From Gemmatimonadales bacterium (GTDB taxonomy: Bacteria > Gemmatimonadota > Gemmatimonadetes > Gemmatimonadales > GWC2-71-9): DNA of 24,110 nucleotides. Below the pieces are notes generated by a model. The model did no database searches. It was not told the origin of the DNA and saw only the letters and a program-made list of their open reading frames with translations. Made by a program: the position numbers and the translations under genes. Positions within the stretch are counted from its first letter, which is position 1. Each line of letters begins with the position of its first letter. The stretch covers positions 1 through 24,110 of the forward strand of contig DATBBZ010000219.1 in NCBI GenBank assembly GCA_036270745.1. The letters run 5' to 3'. Positions 17,705 to 24,110 of this stretch are shown one piece after another.

Positions 17705-17736
17705 AGTTAGATGGTTAGAGGGTTAGACGGTTAGTC
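17705..17736 (+). repeat. Four-copy 8-bp tandem repeat (GGTTAGAN) in the NlpC/P60-HAD intergenic gap
   Basis: AGTTAGAT GGTTAGAG GGTTAGAC GGTTAGTC; GTTAG starts at 17706, 17714, 17722 and 17730. Confidence 0.88.
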
Positions 17737-18726
17737 CGCAGGCCGGCGAACCGCGGCCAGCTCCATTTTCCCGGCGCTGATGGCATCGCGCAATTCCTCC
17801 GACGCTACGCCTCCCCGCGCGAGAGAAGCGTGGACGATGCGGCCCGCGCCCGCCCAGAGGGCGACGTGCGAGACCTGGTGATCGACGACGAAGAACAGCA
17901 GGTCACCGGACTGGTACCCCGAGCCGTCCCCCGTCATCGGGACCTCGCGTCCCTGCCCGATTTGCTGGGCCGCGTCGCGCAGCAGCGGCACGCCGCGCGC
18001 GGTCCAGATCGTCTGCGCCAATCCCGAGCAATCGATCCCCCAGTCACTCCTTCCGCCCCACACGTATGGCGCGCCGCCATACCAGCGCAGCGCGAGCTCG
18101 GGCGCGGCCACGAGCCGCGCCTGCGCGCGGAACTCCACGTCGCTGCGCACCTCGCCGCCCAGGGGATCGCCAATCTCCCCGTCCGCCAGTTCCACGCCGC
18201 CCCGTGCCCGCACGGCCAGCCGGGCGCCCGTGGGCAACTGACGCCGCCGGTCGCCGCCACAGAGAATGGTCGCGGCGATGGTCCGCGCGGTGGCCCGGCC
18301 CGCCCAGTCGTCGGCCCAGTCGCGGGACCCTAGCCGTCCGTACCCTTCGTGCATCCAGGCCACATACCGGTCGGGCCCGCGTACCCGGATCCATGTGTTC
18401 CGGCGCTCGAGCACGTCGAAGAGCTCCCCGTGCAGCAGCTCACTGAGCCGTTCCGCGGCGGGATCGGGAGCCGCGAGCAAGGGAGCAACCGCGGTCGTCA
18501 CCACACCGGCGACGTGCGCCGGATCGACATTTGGGAGCAGCTGGATATCGGATGACATCCCCGCGTCCGCCGCGAGGCGGCGCAGCCCGCCGAGGGCATC
18601 GGGGTTGGTCGTCACCCCGCGGAGCGCCCCGTCATCCAGCATCACGTCAAACACGCCCAGCCGGTGATCGGGAACGGTGCGGCGCCGGAGATCGTCGACG
18701 TCGCGCTCCCAGCGATCAACCCTCAT
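17731..18726 (-). CDS. SH3 + NlpC/P60 (C40) peptidase, YkfC / dipeptidyl-peptidase VI-like
   Basis: SH3-like SELLHGELFDVL..WIRVRGPDRYVAWM; catalytic domain PYVWGG..GIDCSGL..GDLLFF..SHVAL..IVHAS. No obvious signal peptide. Confidence 0.9.
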   Translation of the reverse strand: MRVDRWERDVDDLRRRTVPDHRLGVFDVMLDDGALRGVTTNPDALGGLRRLAADAGMSSDIQLLPNVDPAHVAGVVTTAVAPLLAAPDPAAERLSELLHGELFDVLERRNTWIRVRGPDRYVAWMHEGYGRLGSRDWADDWAGRATARTIAATILCGGDRRRQLPTGARLAVRARGGVELADGEIGDPLGGEVRSDVEFRAQARLVAAPELALRWYGGAPYVWGGRSDWGIDCSGLAQTIWTARGVPLLRDAAQQIGQGREVPMTGDGSGYQSGDLLFFVVDHQVSHVALWAGAGRIVHASLARGGVASEELRDAISAGKMELAAVRRPAD

Positions 18727-19700
18727 GACCGATCCGCGAGCCCCGGGACTTCCGCGTTGCCCCGGGCCAGCCGGACCGCGCGCTCGAGCGCCTGGGCCAC
18801 CACGTCACCGGTCAGAGACTCAACCTGCAGCGGCGATTTCGCCTTGACCTGCGCGGTGCTCAGCCCAAAACAGATATCGCCGTCGAAGAGGGTTCCGTAC
18901 GGAGTAATACGACGGGCGAGGGCGTCACTCCCTGCCCGCCCGAGCTCCTCCAGACCGACGCGGTCCAGGTCCGCATTGGTCGCCACGACTGCGAGCGTGG
19001 TGTTGGATATGGCCTGCGCCATGCGTCCGAACAGCGTGCCTCCCCCGGCTAGATACGCCTGCCCATCCCTCGGCTTGCCGTCATCCCCGCGCGCCCCGGC
19101 CAGGACGTTTCCGTCGGCGCCACGCACGTCCCCCAAAGCATTTACCACTACCAGCGCGGCAACGATGACGTCTCCCGCTTGGACCGCCCACGTGCCGACC
19201 CCGCCCTTCATGCCGTACTCCAACCCGGCGACCTTTCCGACCGTCGCCCCCGCCCCGACCCCCACCGACCCCTCGGCGACGGTCGGGCCAGCCGCCTCAC
19301 ACGCGGCGAACGCGTCGTCGGGCCCCGGCCACCGCGGGGCACCGTCCGGAGGGAGGTCGAAGATCACCGCCGCCGGGACGATCGGGACCACCTGGGTCGG
19401 AGAGACGGGGAGTCCCCGCCCCTGATTTCGGAGCCACCGCATCACGCCGTCCGCCGCCCCCAACCCGTAGGCCGAGCCGCCGGTGAGAAGGACGGCATCG
19501 ATGTGGGGCACCAGATGCCGGGGGGAGAGTGCGTCGAATTCGCGGGTACCGGTGGCGCGGCCCCGAAGGGCCGCGGCGGCCCGCATGCCTCCGGGTGGGG
19601 CGAGGATGACGGTGCAGCCGGTCCCCCCCGAGGCATGGGTCCAGTGTCCCACGGTGATGCCGGAAACGGCAGTCAGGGCTGGAACAAACGTGGATTTCAT
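18723..19700 (-). CDS. P1/S58 family (DmpA-like) peptidase
   Basis: ITVGHW, TGCTVIL, GTRE, LLTGGSAYGLGAADGV, GSVGVGAGATVG, NTTLAVVATN, TLFDGD. Confidence 0.9.
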   Translation of the reverse strand: MKSTFVPALTAVSGITVGHWTHASGGTGCTVILAPPGGMRAAAALRGRATGTREFDALSPRHLVPHIDAVLLTGGSAYGLGAADGVMRWLRNQGRGLPVSPTQVVPIVPAAVIFDLPPDGAPRWPGPDDAFAACEAAGPTVAEGSVGVGAGATVGKVAGLEYGMKGGVGTWAVQAGDVIVAALVVVNALGDVRGADGNVLAGARGDDGKPRDGQAYLAGGGTLFGRMAQAISNTTLAVVATNADLDRVGLEELGRAGSDALARRITPYGTLFDGDICFGLSTAQVKAKSPLQVESLTGDVVAQALERAVRLARGNAEVPGLADRS

Positions 19701-19738
19701 TTGCGTCCGAAGATAGCGCTGAATACCTTCGTGGCCAC
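19701..19738. promoter_or_regulatory. Candidate overlapping divergent promoters in a 38-bp gap
   Basis: Plus strand TTGCGT (19701-19706), 17 bp, TACCTT (19724-19729), 9 nt before ATG 19739. Minus strand TATCTT (19715-19710), 9 nt before ATG 19700, with no clear -35. Confidence 0.45.
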
Positions 19739-20344
19739 ATGACCGCCGCCGCGACTCCCACCAGCGTCCTGGTGGTCGACGACGAGGACTCCATCCGTCA
19801 GGCCCTGGAGCGTTTCGTGACCCGTCTGGGGTACCGCGCGGTCATGGCCCGGGACGGCATCACCGCGCTCGAGCGGGTGGCGCAGAATCATTTTGACCTC
19901 ATGCTCTGCGACGTCCGAATGCCCGGCGTGAGCGGAGTCGAGCTGGTCCCCAAGGTGCTCGAGCGCGACCCCGATGTCGCCATCCTGATGCTCACCGCCG
20001 TCGACGAGCCCCGCACCGCCGTAGAGTGCCTGAAGCTCGGCGCCTACGACTACCTCATCAAACCGGTCGACCTCGACGAGCTGGAGCTGGCCATGCGCAC
20101 CGCCCTCCGCCGGCGTCAGCTGGAGATCGAGCGGCGTGAGCTCGAGCGGTGGCTGTCCAGTGAGGTGCAGGTCCGGACGCGCGAGCTCGAGGAGCGGACG
20201 GCCGCTCTGGAGGACGTGGCGTTCGGAGCGCTGGCCGCCGCCCAGGAGTGGCCTGGTGCCGACGCGGCCATCCGGACGCTGGCGAAGGAGCTGGGGATGA
20301 CGGAGGACGAAGTGCGGAAGGAGATCCGGGTGCGCGGTTTCTAG
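19739..20344 (+). CDS. Response regulator: REC domain, coiled coil and short C-terminal tail
   Basis: VLVVDDE, LMLCDVRMPG (phosphoacceptor Asp), MLTA, YLIKP, then RRRQLEIERRELERWLSSEVQVRTRELEERT. Confidence 0.92.
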   Translation: MTAAATPTSVLVVDDEDSIRQALERFVTRLGYRAVMARDGITALERVAQNHFDLMLCDVRMPGVSGVELVPKVLERDPDVAILMLTAVDEPRTAVECLKLGAYDYLIKPVDLDELELAMRTALRRRQLEIERRELERWLSSEVQVRTRELEERTAALEDVAFGALAAAQEWPGADAAIRTLAKELGMTEDEVRKEIRVRGF

Positions 20345-20523
20345 GTCGTGGCGCCGGCCTTTTCCTGGCAGGCCTTGCAGCGCGTCACGCCCCGGAAGGT
20401 GCAGATCAGGCAGATGAAGGTCCCGCAGTCCTGGCAGGGATACCCCTCGGACGCCCGCTCCTCGTTGCCGCACGCCCGACAGACCATGCCGTCGTGCTCT
20501 TTGAGTTTCTCTTTCTCCGCCAT
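20341..20523 (-). CDS. 60-aa protein with four CxxC pairs (putative two-zinc finger)
   Basis: C15/18, C30/33, C38/41, C49/52. GAGGT Shine-Dalgarno overlaps the upstream stop; starts 8 nt after the sigma54 activator gene. Confidence 0.82.
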   Translation of the reverse strand: MAEKEKLKEHDGMVCRACGNEERASEGYPCQDCGTFICLICTFRGVTRCKACQEKAGATT

Positions 20524-20531
20524 CGTCGACC

Positions 20532-21864
<1,333 letters not shown>

Positions 21865-21875
<11 letters not shown>

Positions 21876-22821
21876 TCGAGCTCCCTTTCCCAACACCTCC
21901 CGGGACGGTGGCGGGATCCACGAGGACGGTCAGGGCACCCGGTACCACGTCGACGTCGAAGGGCGTCGACCCCACCAGCTCGCCGTCGAGCTGGACCCGA
22001 CGCGGCGCGCCGTCCAGTACTTCCGCTTTGATGGTCCGGCCTCGGGCGCTCCAGATTCGTCCTGATGGGTCGCTGGCGCCGCGGGTGCGCAGGAACGTCG
22101 CGAACGACACCACGCTGTCCCACGCGCCGTCGGCGCGCAGGGCGATGACGTCGAGCACACCGTCGTTGGGCCAGACGGCGGGAGAGACGTTCACCACCCG
22201 GGGGACCAGCTCCCGGCAGTTGGCGACCAGTACCATGGCGGCGTCCAGGTGGTGCTCGGTGCCGTCGATGGTGACGCGGTGCGCGACGCTCTTCACCTGG
22301 GGCAGCGTCGTGAGGGCTTTGATGAAGTAGGCGGCGATCTTCCAGCGGCGTTTGAACATGGTGTCCGTGGCCGCCATGATCTGCGCGTCGTACCCGGCCC
22401 CGGCGCAGACCGCGAAGAAGTGATCCCCGTCAGCGCGCGGCATCCGCCCCAGGTCCATGGGGTAGGGCGTGCCCTTCAGGATCGCACGCGCCGCGCGTAC
22501 GGGATCGATCGGGAGACGGAGATTCCGGGCCAGGATGTTGCCGGTCCCTCCAGGGACCAGCCCCAAAGGGATTCCACTCCCCACCAGGCCGGCGGCAACC
22601 TGCATCGCCGTGCCGTCCCCGCCCACCGACAGGAGCGCATCGAACCCGCCATGCCCCTCACCGGCGGCCTCGGTCGCGAAGCGGCGGGCATCGCCCGGGG
22701 CGGCCGTGGCGAGTACCTCCACGCGCCACCCCGCACCTCGTAGCGTGTCGCGAACCGACAGCACCGCGCGTGCGTCGGTGCGGGCGGCAGCCGGGTTGGT
22801 GATCAGGAGGACGCGAGGCAT
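21865..22821 (-). CDS. Diacylglycerol kinase family (YegS/DagK-like) lipid kinase
   Basis: LITNPAA, VGGDGT, LGLVPGGTGNILARNL, MDLGR, GAGYDAQI, QLDGE. Confidence 0.93.
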
Positions 22822-24110
22822 CAGTACCGTCGCTCCCAGAACAGATCCAGACCCACCTGCCGCACGGGAGTGTCCGCCGTCGTCCTCAGGCCGTTAATGC
22901 ACGTTTGGACGGGCTCAAAACTGGCCTCCGTCCGCCACTCGGGACTGATCCGGAACTGCAGACTGGCGCCGAGGGCGTTGCTGAGGTTGATGGAGGCGTT
23001 CTGGCAATAGCCCGCGTTCAGCACCAGGAAGGTCTTCCGACCGATCTGCCAGCCGGCCGCCAGCTGGGCTCCCGACAGCGCGCCGTTGCTGGACGCGCCT
23101 GGGTCGAACTGGAAGTAATCGATCGGGATCCCGAGGTTCGACACCACACTCTGCTCGAGCTGCCCCGACACGAGGCTGGTCACCGCCGACGTGAGCAGGG
23201 CGCTCCGGCTACCCAATCCGGCCTGATCGGAGCTCTGGACGCTGGGCTGCCCGAACAAGAGGTACGAGATGATCTCCGTTTGGGAGAGGTTGGGCTGGTC
23301 CGACGAGAGCGTGAGCTTGGGCGTGAGGAGCGTGCCGCCGAGCGTCGCTGTGACGGTGACGTCCTTGGTGGGCACTCCTGACTGGGGCCCGTTAGGTGAC
23401 ACGCGCACCACGTGCGTGGCCCGGATGTCGAGCCCCGCATCAAGGTCCGGAGTGCCGAAGTACCTCACCGTTCCCTGCGTTACCGTGAAGTCCCGGGTGA
23501 CTGGCCCGACCGTCAGCCGGTAGGTGCCCCGCGGCGCCTGAAGGGTCCCAGTCAGGAGGTAGTTCCGGAGGCGCTTGTTCAGCCCAAGCGTGCCGGCCAG
23601 CTGGATGTTGGCTTCCGTAGACCGGAGCCAGACATCGCTCCCCATCGTCATCTGCAGGTTGTTCACTCGCAAGCTGTCCAGGAACACGTTCTGAAACGCC
23701 GGACCGAGCCGCTCCCGACGGATCAGGTCGGCGAGCGAAGTATCGATCAGGGAAGCGATCCAGGGGTCGGGAGAATCGAGGTTGACCACCCGCTTGTTGA
23801 CGAGATCGGCGAAGAACAGCACCCCGTTGGTGACCGTCCCCCGGCCCGTCACGGTCGCGCCGAACACGGGGCCGGTCAGATCCAGCTCGGCCGTCGCCGT
23901 CACGGACACGTACTTGCGGATGTCGAGCGCCTTGAACCGGTCCGCCGAGACGTGCAGTGCCAGCACGGGCTTGCCGAGACGGTCGAGCCGCATGAAGCCG
24001 GAGACCGACGCGGTGCCGCGGTCACTCCGAGCGTGCAGCGACTGCACCCCGATGGTATCCCCCGCCAACCGGAAGCGTCCGGCCAGCTCTTCGTAACGCG
24101 CACCGATCGA
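22821..24110 (-). CDS. tamB: TamB/AsmA-like protein, C-terminal part (5'-partial; frame open to the window edge)
   Basis: Long beta-strand-rich ORF with LQLAG/GTL..RGTY..FTVTQGTVRYFG.P.LD..LDIRA..VTATLGGTL..PKLTLSS..SQTEIISYLLFG, characteristic of the TamB C-terminal domain; aromatic C-terminal end (FWERRY). Confidence 0.82.
   Translation of the reverse strand, partial: SIGARYEELAGRFRLAGDTIGVQSLHARSDRGTASVSGFMRLDRLGKPVLALHVSADRFKALDIRKYVSVTATAELDLTGPVFGATVTGRGTVTNGVLFFADLVNKRVVNLDSPDPWIASLIDTSLADLIRRERLGPAFQNVFLDSLRVNNLQMTMGSDVWLRSTEANIQLAGTLGLNKRLRNYLLTGTLQAPRGTYRLTVGPVTRDFTVTQGTVRYFGTPDLDAGLDIRATHVVRVSPNGPQSGVPTKDVTVTATLGGTLLTPKLTLSSDQPNLSQTEIISYLLFGQPSVQSSDQAGLGSRSALLTSAVTSLVSGQLEQSVVSNLGIPIDYFQFDPGASSNGALSGAQLAAGWQIGRKTFLVLNAGYCQNASINLSNALGASLQFRISPEWRTEASFEPVQTCINGLRTTADTPVRQVGLDLFWERRY

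Noticed and set aside
17705-17736. GGTTAG units as telomere-like sequence or a mini-CRISPR
   Set aside because: The period is 8, not 6; there are no spacers or cas genes, and only four copies.
19732-19746. GG-N10-GC as a sigma54 -24/-12 promoter
   Set aside because: Poor match to TGGCACG-N4-TTGC and it overlaps the start codon it would have to precede. No convincing sigma54 promoter was seen in the window.

Overview
High-GC, almost gap-free chromosomal backbone. Gene content and order suggest a diderm bacterium, possibly Gemmatimonadota (inference). I see no mobile element, CRISPR array, rRNA or tRNA. Positions 1-13527 (+) are one chain of 18 abutting or overlapping genes: ruvA, a small Zn-finger ORF missing from the ORF track, ruvB, queA, tgt, yajC, def, fmt, a ThiE/TenI-like gene, thiS, thiG, rsmB, a PASTA protein, rpe, a TlpA-like protein, a YbbR/CdaR-like protein, tsaD and lgt. 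Positions 13524-19700 (-) carry a cytochrome c-FTR1 iron permease fusion with its own sigma70-like promoter and Fur-box-like palindrome, preceded by a P1/DmpA peptidase, an NlpC/P60 peptidase, a HAD hydrolase, a CYTH protein, a tail-anchored hypothetical and acpS. Positions 19739-24110 hold a REC-domain regulator (+) converging on a minus-strand run of tamB (partial), a DagK-family lipid kinase, a sigma54 activator and an 8-Cys microprotein. Most of this is housekeeping and no complete new system can be proven from sequence alone. The best leads are two translationally coupled zinc-finger microproteins (between ruvA and ruvB, and at the end of the tamB/lipid-kinase/activator run), the Fur-controlled haem-c iron permease with no canonical start for its apparent signal peptide, a probable ATT start for rsmB, and two short tandem repeats at gene junctions.
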